This document shows, one piece after another, positions 1 to 9,781 of a DNA stretch of 64,000 nt. Source of the DNA: Candidatus Limnocylindrales bacterium (lineage in GTDB: Bacteria; Moduliflexota; Moduliflexia; Moduliflexales; JAUQPW01); NCBI GenBank assembly GCA_035559535.1, contig DATMBG010000017.1:1-64000 (forward strand), in the 5' to 3' direction. Both the position numbers and the translations under genes were made by a program. Numbering within the stretch: the first letter of the stretch is position 1; each line of letters starts with the position of its first letter. The notes below the pieces were generated by a model. That model was not told where the DNA came from, did not search any database, and was given only the letters and a program-made list of their open reading frames with translations.

Positions 1-142
1 CCCCGTCCCAAAGTCAGGTCACTCACGTGTTACTCACCCGTCTGCCGCTTTACTAGGGAGTTGCCTCCCGTTCTCGCTCGACTTGCATGTGTTAGGCACG
101 CCGCAAGCGTTCGTTCTGAGCCAGGATCAAACTCTCCGTAAA
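1..142 (-). rRNA. rrs: 16S rRNA gene, 5' end (runs off the left edge)
   Basis: Reverse complement reads AGAGTTTGATCCTGGCTCAG-AACGAACGC...CACATGCAAGTCGAG...GGGTGAGTAACACGTG. 27F primer site at 116-135; exact 5' end approximate. Confidence 0.98.
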
Positions 143-219
143 CAAACTCTTAAAAAATTAAAAAGTTTGATACGGGGTAGTTACGATCTCACTCAAAGGC
201 TGAAACTTCTTCCGTTCGA

Positions 220-233
220 TTTTCAAAGAGCAA
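220..233 (-). promoter_or_regulatory. rrn leader boxA antitermination element
   Basis: Minus strand TTGCTCTTTGAAAA between the promoter and 16S. Confidence 0.8.
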
Positions 234-249
234 CTTACCTTGCACTATT

Positions 250-278
250 ATTATAAGAATCCCCTTTCAATTTGTCAA
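250..278 (-). promoter_or_regulatory. rRNA operon sigma70 promoter
   Basis: Minus strand TTGACA-17 bp-TATAAT (perfect consensus), AT-rich upstream. Confidence 0.9.
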
Positions 279-402
279 GAACTTCCTCAAAAACCTGTCT
301 TTGAATTAAATTTTAATAGAAATTCTCTTGCTATAGGAAGATAAAAACCCTAAGGTTCTCTAGAACCTAACCCTATCTTTTATCCTTTGAGGAGGTAACC
401 CT

Positions 403-1356
403 ATGATCAAAATTGTAATTCCAGATGATTTCCCTTCTGTTATTTCCGGTACCCCCATGTTGGAGAGGCTTAAACCCTATGGAGAGGTTAAGGTCTGGAC
501 GACCAGGCCGGAATCTACCGAAGAGCTTATTCGGCGAATGCAAGGGGCAGAGGTCGTTATTAATATTCGGGCTTATTGTAAATTTACTGAAGAAGTTTTT
601 CAGAAATCTCCCTCCCTTCGACTCATCTCCATTTGGGGAACCGGTGTGGATAATGTAGATCTGGAGGCGGCCCAACGGTACGGGGTCACTGTAACAAATA
701 CTCCCAACACCTCCACAGAATCCGTTGCAGAACACGCTTTAGCCCTTATGTTGGCCGTAGCCCGACAGATCCCCCACCTTCATACCCAGATGAAAAAAGG
801 GGTCTGGACCCGGGGTTTTATTACCCAGCTTTTCGGTAAAACAGCCGGAATTATCGGCACCGGAGTTATCGGCCAGCAAACGGCCAGGTTATGCCGTGGA
901 ATTGGTATGCAGGTTCTTGCCTGGACCTACCATCCTTCTGAAGAAAAAGCCAGAGAAATCGGGTTTACCTACGTTCCATGGGAAACCCTTTTAAGACAAT
1001 CTGACGTGATTTCCCTCCACCTGAGACTTTCAAAAACCACCGAAGGTCTGATCGGAAAAAAGGAATTTGGCCTTATGAAACCTTCTGCTATTTTTATCAA
1101 TACCGCTCGGGGAGCTATTGTGCAAAAAGAAGCTTTACTGGAAGCTCTTAGAGAAAAAAAGATTGCCGGAGCGGGTTTGGATGTTTTTGATAAGGAACCT
1201 ATCGATCCCGATGATCCCCTCCTGGCATTAGAGAATGTGGTAGTAACCCCTCATTGCGCGCCTTCAAGTCCAGAGGTCCTGGAAAGGGGCCTCAGTATGG
1301 CCGTGGATAACGTGATAAGCTATCTGGGTGGGACCGTAAAAAACAGGGTCGTTTAA
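403..1356 (+). CDS. D-isomer-specific 2-hydroxyacid dehydrogenase (phosphoglycerate dehydrogenase-like)
   Basis: GTGVDNVD, GIIGTGVIG Rossmann motif, INTARG, AGLDVFDKEP, TPHC; RBS GAGGAGG. Confidence 0.92.
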   Translation: MIKIVIPDDFPSVISGTPMLERLKPYGEVKVWTTRPESTEELIRRMQGAEVVINIRAYCKFTEEVFQKSPSLRLISIWGTGVDNVDLEAAQRYGVTVTNTPNTSTESVAEHALALMLAVARQIPHLHTQMKKGVWTRGFITQLFGKTAGIIGTGVIGQQTARLCRGIGMQVLAWTYHPSEEKAREIGFTYVPWETLLRQSDVISLHLRLSKTTEGLIGKKEFGLMKPSAIFINTARGAIVQKEALLEALREKKIAGAGLDVFDKEPIDPDDPLLALENVVVTPHCAPSSPEVLERGLSMAVDNVISYLGGTVKNRVV

Positions 1357-1389
1357 TGGGAAAATAAGTAAGGGGAAAAACAGAGGGTT

Positions 1390-1440
1390 TAAATAAAATA
1401 AAAAATCCCGGCAAAAGTTTATAAACTTTTACCGAGATTC
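1390..1440 (-). terminator. Probable intrinsic terminator of the cold-shock gene
   Basis: Hairpin aatcccggcaaaagttt/aaacttttaccgagatt followed by a T-tract on the minus strand. Confidence 0.55.
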
Positions 1441-1482
1441 CTCCAGGATTTTATAATAAAATTAAAATTCCTATAAAAACTA

Positions 1483-1692
1483 CTAAGATTGGAGTTTGAT
1501 TACATTGGCGGCCTGGGGGCCTTTCTCGCTCTCAATGACCTCAAACTCTACGGTTTGACCCTCGCTGAGAGTCTTAAACCCTTCTCCCTGGATAGCTGTA
1601 TAGTGCACAAAAACATCGGTATCATTTTCACGTTCAATGAAGCCATAACCTTTTGCTTCATTAAACCATTTGACACGTCCTCGTACTGACAT
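1483..1692 (-). CDS. Cold-shock protein (CspA family)
   Basis: [15 protein letters not shown] (RNP1), DVFVHY (RNP2), [17 protein letters not shown]. Confidence 0.97.
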   Translation of the reverse strand: MSVRGRVKWFNEAKGYGFIERENDTDVFVHYTAIQGEGFKTLSEGQTVEFEVIESEKGPQAANVIKLQS

Positions 1693-1939
1693 AATAACCT
1701 CCTGGAAAAAAAACTTATCCTACAATGTATAAACGACATGCCCAGTAAATACAGATTTTAAAATTTGTCAAGAAATTTTTTTTCTTATTAAGAAAATTTT
1801 TTACTTGATTTTTGCCTTTTCTTCGTATTAATTAAAGTTAGGATGGTCAGACAGGGAGGAAATAGATAAAGATCCTAAGCTGAGGAAACTTAAGAATCCT
1901 CAGGATATTTAAAATATTCTTAACCAAAAGGAGAATACT

Positions 1940-2554
1940 ATGAAAGCCCCGGTTCTCTACAGACGTCAGAGAGAAATTTTAGAATATATTAAAGCGTTTA
2001 TTAAAGCCAATGATTCGGCCCCTTCTTTAAAAGAAATTGCCGATAACTTTGGACTTTCTTCTCTGGCTACGGTTCATAAGCATTTAGGAGCTTTAGAGAA
2101 GAAAGGCTTGATAAGACGAACCAGTCAGGCCAGATCCATTGAAATTATAGAAAGCGATGAGAACTTTGTTTCGCTTCCTTTAAAAGGTCTTATTGCTGCC
2201 GGTAAACCCATTGAAAATTTCGATGATCCCCAAGAAACCCTCTCCATCCCCATGGAACTTATATCGGGAAAAGATCCTAAGAAGTTGTATGTGCTAAAAG
2301 TTCAAGGAAACAGTATGATTGATGAGTTTATCAACGATGGAGACTATATAGTAGTCGAAGAAAAAAATCATGCCAACAATGGAGAGACGGTGGTTGCTTT
2401 CCTCTCCGATGGAGGAGTGACCCTAAAAAAGTACTACAAGGAAAAAGATCATATTCGATTACAACCGGCTAACCCGGAATTAAAACCCTATATTCTGAAA
2501 GAAGATGTTCATATCCAGGGTAAGGTGATTGCAGTTTATCGAAAATACAATTGA
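1940..2554 (+). CDS. lexA: SOS repressor LexA
   Basis: N-terminal wHTH (PSLKEIA...TVHKHLGALEKKG), Ala-Gly site IAAG, catalytic Ser (GNSM) and Lys (TLKK). Confidence 0.95.
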   Translation: MKAPVLYRRQREILEYIKAFIKANDSAPSLKEIADNFGLSSLATVHKHLGALEKKGLIRRTSQARSIEIIESDENFVSLPLKGLIAAGKPIENFDDPQETLSIPMELISGKDPKKLYVLKVQGNSMIDEFINDGDYIVVEEKNHANNGETVVAFLSDGGVTLKKYYKEKDHIRLQPANPELKPYILKEDVHIQGKVIAVYRKYN

Positions 2555-2616
2555 GGGTTTTGGTTCGGCTTTGGAATCCGGTGCATAGACTATCCCCGGA
2601 AGGGATAAAGGGATAC

Positions 2617-2645
2617 TTGACAAATTTTGTTCCTTGCTTTATATT
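2617..2645 (+). promoter_or_regulatory. sigma70-type promoter upstream of the 5S-like element and rpoA
   Basis: TTGACA-17 bp-TATATT. Confidence 0.7.
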
Positions 2646-2787
2646 TTACTCCAGGAAAGTAGGCACTTCGTAGATAATTAACTTGGTAGAACCATCTTTT
2701 ATCTAACCGGTTTTCTTCCTTTCAGGAAAAAAGAGGTCTTCTGATATACAAGAATAAGCAAACACATCAAAACTTTAGGGCAGAAAA

Positions 2788-2907
2788 TTCCCAGTGACTA
2801 TAACAAAAGGGAAACACCTGTTTCCATTCCAGGTACAGAAGTTAGGTCCTGTAGGGCCTGCGGTCCTATAGGGCGGATTCTGTGGGGAAGCGAGTCGTTA
2901 CTGGGAA
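2788..2907 (+). ncRNA. Divergent 5S rRNA-like RNA (orphan 5S, pseudogene or leader element)
   Basis: 120 nt; terminal helix TTCCCAGTGAC/GTTACTGGGAA; 5S-like GGGAAACACCTGTTTCCATTCC..ACAGAAGTTA; helix IV-like hairpin CCTATAGGG-CGGA-TTCTGTGGG; loop C and loop E degenerate. Confidence 0.8.
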
Positions 2908-2988
2908 TTTTTTTGTTCTTTAGTTTTTAAAGCCTTGTAAAGTCTGCTCATAGGCTTGTTGCCGTGTTAGATAAGGAAAAGGGGATCT

Positions 2989-4032
2989 ATGCACTGGAAA
3001 GGTATTCAAAAACCTAAAGAACTTAAATGCGACTATGAAACGTTAACCGGAACATACGGACGTTTCTACGCCGAACCCTTTGAGAGGGGATTTGGAATTA
3101 CCATTGGAAACTCTCTGAGACGTATTCTCCTGGCCTCTCTACGTGGTATAGCGGTAACCTCTGTCAAGATCGAGGGAGTTTTACATGAATTTTCAACTAT
3201 TCCGGGAGTTGTAGAAGATGTATCTGAGATTATTCTTAATATAAAGGAGCTCATTTTAAAACCGCGTTCCGATAACCTGGAGTACCCACGGAAGCTCTAC
3301 CTCAAAGTCTCCAATTCCTCTTCAGAAAGTAAAGAGGTCACGGCTAGGGACATTCAAGGAGATCCGGATATCGAAATCCTGAATCCTGACCTGCACATTG
3401 CAACCCTGAGTAAAGAAGGGTCCCTGGATATGGAAATGGAAGTTCAGTTGGGTCGGGGTTATGTACCCAGTGAGCTCAATAAGAGAGAGGATCAGCCCAT
3501 CGGGGTTCTTCCCATCGATTCTATTTTTACACCGATTAAAAAGGTCACTTATGATGTGGATGCTTCCCGCGTTGGAGGTCGAACCGATTATGATAAATTA
3601 ACCCTGGAAGTCTGGACCAATGGGACCATATCCCCGGCCGATGCCATTGCCCACGCCGCTAAGATTCTGAAGGATCAGTTAAATATTTTTATTAACTTTG
3701 AAGAAGAACCCGAGGTTGAGGAAAAAGAGGTTGATGAAGAAGAGGAGAAATTTAATGAAAATCTCTTGAAAAGCATTGATGAATTGGAGTTATCGGTTCG
3801 ATCCAGCAATTGCCTGAACAATGCCAATATCCGGACTATAGGAGAACTGGTTCAGAAAACGGAAGCTGAACTGTTAAAAACCAGAAATTTTGGGAAAAAA
3901 TCCCTCAATGAAATTAAAACGATTCTTGCTGAAATGGGTCTGTCCCTGGGTATGAAGTTAGAGAATTTCCCACCTAAAAATAAAGGAACTTCCAAGAAAA
4001 AATCCACCACCAAGGTAGGAACATCTGAATAA
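2989..4032 (+). CDS. rpoA: DNA-directed RNA polymerase subunit alpha (stand-alone)
   Basis: [41 protein letters not shown]; alpha-[27 protein letters not shown]. Confidence 0.98.
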   Translation: MHWKGIQKPKELKCDYETLTGTYGRFYAEPFERGFGITIGNSLRRILLASLRGIAVTSVKIEGVLHEFSTIPGVVEDVSEIILNIKELILKPRSDNLEYPRKLYLKVSNSSSESKEVTARDIQGDPDIEILNPDLHIATLSKEGSLDMEMEVQLGRGYVPSELNKREDQPIGVLPIDSIFTPIKKVTYDVDASRVGGRTDYDKLTLEVWTNGTISPADAIAHAAKILKDQLNIFINFEEEPEVEEKEVDEEEEKFNENLLKSIDELELSVRSSNCLNNANIRTIGELVQKTEAELLKTRNFGKKSLNEIKTILAEMGLSLGMKLENFPPKNKGTSKKKSTTKVGTSE

Positions 4033-4057
4033 AAGAGATGGGGAAGAAGAGGTGAAA

Positions 4058-4116
4058 GGGAGAACAGGAGAGGGGAGAATTCTTATCTTCCCCTCTCCTG
4101 TTCTCCCGCTTTTTTT
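4058..4116 (+). terminator. Long hairpin terminator between convergent rpoA and hemC
   Basis: gggagaacaggagagggga/tcccctctcctgttctccc followed by tttttt; built from 8-mer repeats. Confidence 0.75.
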
Positions 4117-4121
4117 ACTCC

Positions 4122-5072
4122 TTATTTCCATCGCTCCAGAACCTGGCCGGCACCTTGTGCAAGGAGTCGCTCTGCCAATTGGATCCCGAGTTTTTCTTCC
4201 TGTTGGCCGTTTTCCCACTCTCCTACCTCACCACTTACCTGATCCCGAATCATCCATTTCCCGTCTGGTGTACTAATTAGACCTGTTAAACGGAGAATAT
4301 GGGCCTGTATCTCCCCGTGACAGGCAATGGGGACTTGACAACCCCCTTCTAGCCTTCGTAAAAAAGCCCGTTCTGCTGTAACAACCCGGGCCGTCAAGCT
4401 ATGGTTCAAACGAGCGACCATTTCATTGATGATCCCATCCTCCCGACGGCATTCAATCCCCAGGGCGCCCTGTCCAATAGCCGGTAAACTAATATGGTAA
4501 GGAAGATACTCGGTAATCCTGGCTTCCCAGCCCATTCGTTTGATACCGGCTGCGGCCAAAACAATGGCATCTAAATCCTCCTGCTCCAATTTACGTAATC
4601 GGGTGTTTACATTTCCACGAAGGGGAACTATCCGAAAATCCGGTCGATAATGGAGGAGTTGAGATTGTCTGCGCAAACTGCTGGTTCCGATCCTGGCCCC
4701 TGGAGGTAAATCGGCTAAGGTTAGATTTCTTTTAGAGATAAGTACATCCCGGGGGTCTTCTCTTTCTGTGATAGCCGGAATCCACAGCGGTTCTGGAATC
4801 TCCATAGGGACGTCTTTCATACTATGAACGGCCAGATCAACGCGATTTTCCAGGAGTGCCTCTTCGATTTCCTTAACGAAGAGCCCTTTACCACCCACCC
4901 GGGCCAGGGGAGTATCCAACAGGATGTCCCCCCGGGTCTTAATAATTTCCAGAACTATTTTTTGATCCGGGTACAGGCCTTCCAACCGGTTCTTGACCCA
5001 GTTAGCCTGCCAGAGAGCTAGCTGGCTCCCACGTGTTCCAATCCTTACAACCGATTTCATATTATCCAACAA
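4122..5072 (-). CDS. hemC: Hydroxymethylbilane synthase (porphobilinogen deaminase)
   Basis: RIGTRGSQLALWQA, GKGLFVKE, AVHSMKDVP, GTSSLRR, LEGGCQVP. Confidence 0.98.
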   Translation of the reverse strand: MLDNMKSVVRIGTRGSQLALWQANWVKNRLEGLYPDQKIVLEIIKTRGDILLDTPLARVGGKGLFVKEIEEALLENRVDLAVHSMKDVPMEIPEPLWIPAITEREDPRDVLISKRNLTLADLPPGARIGTSSLRRQSQLLHYRPDFRIVPLRGNVNTRLRKLEQEDLDAIVLAAAGIKRMGWEARITEYLPYHISLPAIGQGALGIECRREDGIINEMVARLNHSLTARVVTAERAFLRRLEGGCQVPIACHGEIQAHILRLTGLISTPDGKWMIRDQVSGEVGEWENGQQEEKLGIQLAERLLAQGAGQVLERWK

Positions 5073-5410
5073 TAAAAATGGACCCTTTCTTGTTCCGGTC
5101 GGTTAAAATTCCCTCATAGAAAATTGCCCATGGAGAAGATCCACAACTTTACGATAGAGTTGAAAGAAATTCCAGTTGGGATTACGGTCCAGCCGGATCC
5201 AATACCAGTTGGAAAGACGCATCAGGTTCTTTTTCCGAAATTGTAAACATCGGGTAGGATCGGCTACCTTTCCCAACTTTATGGGACCATTACGGTAACG
5301 CGGATAAATCGGTGACACAACTCCGACCTGTGAAGGTAATAACGACCTTCTTATGTTTCTCTTCCTGGAGAACGACCCAGGTCGTTACCACGAACTTTCT
5401 TCCTGACGTA

Positions 5411-7549
5411 TTAATCCCTAACTCCAGGCCCCGCAATAAATTCACCATTTTCGATAACAATATCGGCATTAAAACCTTCTCCCCCTTCGACCCCATCTTT
5501 TCCCAGGGAGATGAGAGAATAAGTCTGATTGTCCTCTCCAACTTCGTAGATAAATTCATTTCCCCAACCATCCCTAAGGGGAATTTCCGGAAGGTATTTT
5601 GGGACCAGCTCTTCTAAGGTTTCCGGCGGTGCACCTTTTTCAGCTATGTAGCTCTCAATGGCCGTCGTCAGAACTCTCATATCGGCCAGGGTCTTGGCCT
5701 GCTTGGCATTATCATCGGAGGACTTCAGGGTTGTGGATGATGACAGGGCTCCGACAAGCCCCCCTGCCAGGGCTAAACTCATAAAACCCCCTACCGGGGA
5801 ATAAGCCTCTGAAACAAATCCATCCTCCCGGGTTGTAGAAACCATCATCATCCCGAATAGGGTTTCGGCTATTTTACTTAACTCGGGGGGCTTCACCTGA
5901 TCCAGACCCGGCGCGGTTTCTTTCATTTGTTGTGCTAAGGAAGCCATCCCCTTATCGGCTAAAGGAGCCATCAGCTTTAAAATATCTTTAAGATTAATAT
6001 AAACACGCCCGATTACCTTTTCTTCCGAGAAATGAGTTTTAAGCTCTTTATAATCTGGAGCGTTTGCCAGGGCCGTATCTCCCTTTAAGGCGTGATTGAC
6101 TTCGCCTATCATGGATTTGGAAAGGCTGAGAACCCAAAAATCATTAATAAACGCATAATTAAGCCGAACCGGAAAATCAGGACTGGGAATATCCAGATAC
6201 TGAATAGGGGTATCTCCGATCTTGTCTCGCTTAAATTGCAACTGGAGAAGGGTTCCTATTTGCGTAAGGGTCTGTTGAAGGCCAGAAGGATTTTTGAGCT
6301 TCAACATAAACAGGAAGGGGAAATTATCCGGAGAAGGTTTCCCACCGGCCGTTAACTCATTTAACCCTTTTACATTTAAAGCCAGAACCACTTCATTTCC
6401 CAAATATTCCAGAAGATTTTTCTCTGGATCTAATTTTAATCCATCTCGCAGAAAAGCCAGACCTAATTCAAACTTCTGATATTCTTGCGGAGGCATGGTT
6501 TCCTGAAAGACCGTCAGGAGATAGCGCCAGAGTTGTACCCAATTAATCAAGCTACTCTGGTAATAAAGAATATCAGCCGGAATCATAGACTCGGAGGTTA
6601 TTGAACTTCCTTCTAAATCTTTAAGCATCTGAGTCCAGAAACCCTTCTCAGAAGGATAGGTTTGAATAAAAAACCGATCTTTCAATCCGGCCCCTTCTAC
6701 CGCTAAACTCCAGCTCAAGGAGTTCAAATTGTAGTAGTCCAAAAATTTGAGGGCTTGCTGATCAGAGGGTTTGCCGGTAGTACGTATCTGCTTTTTAGCC
6801 AGATCCAAAACCTTTCGCATATCCATATACAGATGGAATTCGCTTTTATCCCGTGCAATGGCTTCGGCTACTGATTGGTAAGAAGCATTACTGGCCATAC
6901 TTTTCTTTCCCCCCTGACCGCTCTGAAGGTCGACAACCCTTTTCATCAGGGAAGGTTTTAACGAAACGGCAAAGGTGTTACCCAGAAAAGCATAACTGAT
7001 GGCTTCTCCTTCTTTATTGGTAAGGGTCGTTAGTGAAACGGTTTTATACTTTTCTGTGGTAACCTGGGTTTGGGAATCCTCTCGCTTAATTTTAGGAAGG
7101 ATCTTCTTCTCCAGGAGATCCTTCAGTTGATCTTGATTTTTGCTTACATCGGCCAGAATAAGAACCTCCGGAAGGGCTTGTGATCCTTTTTTATTTAATT
7201 CCTCCAGGTCTAAGTTCACCAATGCAAAGGTCAGTTTCCCTCCGAAAATATCCAGAAGTTCCGTAGGCTCAAAGCCCATCTCCTCGACAAATTTGGAACG
7301 GAACTCCTCATAGCTCTTACTTATTACTTTCCAAAACCCGGAAGTGTTCTCAGATAGCTCTGGGGATTGAAGAATCTTAAAAAGGGCTGTTCCCTGAAAT
7401 TTCTCCAGGGATTGTTTTAATCCCTGAAAAGAAATCAATCCCAGACTCCCATCAGGAACAAGCCGTTCTAGAGGCTCTTCGGCTATAGAGAGTCCAGATA
7501 GCCAAAAGATCAAAATTAAGAATAAAAGACCGGCCGTAAGTTTTTTCAT
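5411..7549 (-). CDS. Exported DUF3352-like protein with a C-terminal type II secretion GspG-like pseudopilin domain
   Basis: Signal peptide MKKLTAGLLFLIL...SIAEE (start 7549). C-terminal KTLADMRVLTTAIESY...DGWGNEFIY...SLISLGKDGVEGGEG..DI resembles T2SSG. DUF3352 call by resemblance only. Confidence 0.65.
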   Translation of the reverse strand: MKKLTAGLLFLILIFWLSGLSIAEEPLERLVPDGSLGLISFQGLKQSLEKFQGTALFKILQSPELSENTSGFWKVISKSYEEFRSKFVEEMGFEPTELLDIFGGKLTFALVNLDLEELNKKGSQALPEVLILADVSKNQDQLKDLLEKKILPKIKREDSQTQVTTEKYKTVSLTTLTNKEGEAISYAFLGNTFAVSLKPSLMKRVVDLQSGQGGKKSMASNASYQSVAEAIARDKSEFHLYMDMRKVLDLAKKQIRTTGKPSDQQALKFLDYYNLNSLSWSLAVEGAGLKDRFFIQTYPSEKGFWTQMLKDLEGSSITSESMIPADILYYQSSLINWVQLWRYLLTVFQETMPPQEYQKFELGLAFLRDGLKLDPEKNLLEYLGNEVVLALNVKGLNELTAGGKPSPDNFPFLFMLKLKNPSGLQQTLTQIGTLLQLQFKRDKIGDTPIQYLDIPSPDFPVRLNYAFINDFWVLSLSKSMIGEVNHALKGDTALANAPDYKELKTHFSEEKVIGRVYINLKDILKLMAPLADKGMASLAQQMKETAPGLDQVKPPELSKIAETLFGMMMVSTTREDGFVSEAYSPVGGFMSLALAGGLVGALSSSTTLKSSDDNAKQAKTLADMRVLTTAIESYIAEKGAPPETLEELVPKYLPEIPLRDGWGNEFIYEVGEDNQTYSLISLGKDGVEGGEGFNADIVIENGEFIAGPGVRD

Positions 7550-7807
7550 ATTTGCTTTTTGAAAGTGGCTCAAGCCTGGCCAGAGAACCTAGCTCCAACC
7601 CCCTCAAAAAATTTAGAAACCCTATCTGGTTTTTAGATACTTTTCCTTCTATAAAAATCAATGTTCTCTAAAGGGATAAATATTTCTCAAATCCTTACAA
7701 AGGCTTAAAGAGACTTCTTTTAATTTAATTACTATACCTTACGTTTTAAAAAACACAACTTTTTTTAGATATACCTGTAAAGATTTTATTAAAATTCTAA
7801 TCGATCT

Positions 7808-8001
7808 GGGTCAAAAAGTCGTCTTCGTACGCCCTGTTCACCTGGGCAAAATCCAGGGACTCAACGGAAAGGAGGGGAGGCTCAAAAAGATACCCCTAAG
7901 GACTGCCCTTCTCTCCCAAGGCTTTGGGAAAGGGACCGGGGATGAGGGCAGAGAGGTTTCGGACTTACAAAGAACCTATGAAACGGTGTTATTTTTGACC
8001 T
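7808..8001. repeat. REP/MITE-like palindromic element
   Basis: ggtcaaaaa...tttttgacc ends enclosing cccttctctcccaaggctttgggaaagggaccggggatgagggc, similar (inverted) to 13569-13610. Confidence 0.55.
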
Positions 8002-8131
8002 TTTCTTTCAAAACGAGTAAAGTTCTTTGGCAAGAGATATGCAAAAATTATCTTCAGGTTATTCAGAAACCCATTTTCCCGGAAAGTGGATTTCTGAGGG
8101 AAAAATACTTTTTAAAAGGTGTTGATAAAAT

Positions 8132-9781
8132 ATGGAAAAGCCCTGGTTAGCCCATTATCCAGAAGATGTACTTCAAACAATCTCCTATCCGGAGGAATCC
8201 CTTTATCAAATTCTTCATCGTTCTGCTCAGAAATATCCCGATCATCCGGCGATTATTTTCTTTGGGAACCGGATAACCTATCGGGAATTGCTTGAGCAGG
8301 TAGATCGCCTGGCGACAGCTCTCCATAAGCAAGGGGTTCAAAAACAGGATCGGATAGCTCTCTTCTTACCTAACTGTCCACAAAGTGTTATCGCTTACTA
8401 TGCGGCCCTCCGACTGGGAGCCATTGTGGTTCAGGTTAATCCCCTTTACGTGGAAAGGGAATTGAAATATCAATTGGAAGATGCCGGGGTGGAGGTTTTG
8501 ATTGCCCTGGATTTACTTTACCCAAAAATCCGTAATATTCGAGAAACAGTCCCTCTCAGGCAGGTTATTCTAACAAGTATCAAAGACTATCTTCCTTTTC
8601 CCTTAAATCGGCTTTATACTCTCAAACAGTTTAAAGATCGAAATCGAGTTAAGATTCGTAAAGAGGAAGAAGTCCTCTATTTGACAGAGCTTATCAGAGA
8701 GCATCCTTCGGCACCTCCCAATATAGAAGTAAAACCGCAGGATATAGCCCTTTTACAATATACGGGAGGAACCACAGGAACTTCCAAAGGAGTTATCCTG
8801 ACCCATCGAAATCTTGTAGTTAATGCCGTTCAGTGCAGGAACGGGCTTCCCAAGCTTCGAGACGGAGAGGAAACAGTTTTGGCAGTTCTCCCTTTCTTTC
8901 ATGTTTTTGGAATGACGGTTGCCATGAATTTAGCTATTTATGCAGGATTTTCCATGATTCTCCTTCCGCGTTTTGAAGTGGTCAGGGTTCTTAAAGCCAT
9001 CGATAAGTATAAACCGACCTTCTTTCCAGGAGTTCCAACCATGTATGTGGCCATCAATAATTATCCAAAACTGCATCGCTATGACCTCTCCTCCCTCAAG
9101 TTTTGTTTAAGTGGAGCGGCCCCTCTTCCTTTAGAGGTTATGGAACGATTTGAAGCGATTACTGGGAGTCGGATCGTAGAAGGCTATGGATTGACCGAAG
9201 CATCTCCCGTTACACACTGTAATCCGGTTTGGGGACTCAGGAAGCCGGGGAGTATTGGATTTCCTTTTCCCGATACCGAGGCAAAGGTAGTAGATCCTGA
9301 TACAGGGGCTGACCTGCCCGTCGGTGAAATCGGCGAATTGGTTATCCGGGGGCCTCAAGTTATGCAGGGTTACTGGCATCGGGATCAGGAAACGGAAAGT
9401 ACTTTAAAGGAGGGATGGCTTTTTACAGGTGATCTGGCTAAAATGGATGAAGATGGATATTTTTATATTATAGATCGAAAAAAGGACCTGATTATTGCAA
9501 GCGGCTTCAACGTCTATCCCCGAGAGGTAGAAGAAGTGCTCTATGAACATCCCAAAATTCTGGAAGCCGCCGTGATCGGAATTCCAGATCCGTATCGTGG
9601 AGAAACCGTTAAAGCCTTTGTTGTTCTTAAAAAAGATCAAAAGGCCACAGAGGAGGAAATCCTGGATTTCTGTCGAAAAAATTTAGCGGCCTATAAAGTT
9701 CCTACTCAGATAGAATTTAAAGATCAGCTACCCAAAACCTTGGTGGGGAAGGTATTACGCAGGATGTTAAGGGAAGGATAA
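8132..9781 (+). CDS. Long-chain fatty acid-CoA ligase
   Basis: LQYTGGTTGTSKG AMP-binding motif, EGYGLTE, TGD, DRKKD, PKTLVGK. Confidence 0.93.
   Translation: MEKPWLAHYPEDVLQTISYPEESLYQILHRSAQKYPDHPAIIFFGNRITYRELLEQVDRLATALHKQGVQKQDRIALFLPNCPQSVIAYYAALRLGAIVVQVNPLYVERELKYQLEDAGVEVLIALDLLYPKIRNIRETVPLRQVILTSIKDYLPFPLNRLYTLKQFKDRNRVKIRKEEEVLYLTELIREHPSAPPNIEVKPQDIALLQYTGGTTGTSKGVILTHRNLVVNAVQCRNGLPKLRDGEETVLAVLPFFHVFGMTVAMNLAIYAGFSMILLPRFEVVRVLKAIDKYKPTFFPGVPTMYVAINNYPKLHRYDLSSLKFCLSGAAPLPLEVMERFEAITGSRIVEGYGLTEASPVTHCNPVWGLRKPGSIGFPFPDTEAKVVDPDTGADLPVGEIGELVIRGPQVMQGYWHRDQETESTLKEGWLFTGDLAKMDEDGYFYIIDRKKDLIIASGFNVYPREVEEVLYEHPKILEAAVIGIPDPYRGETVKAFVVLKKDQKATEEEILDFCRKNLAAYKVPTQIEFKDQLPKTLVGKVLRRMLREG

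Noticed and set aside
5103-5318. 71-aa ORF between the pseudopilin-fusion gene and hemC
   Set aside because: GTG start without a clear RBS and no recognisable family; cannot be supported, though not excluded.
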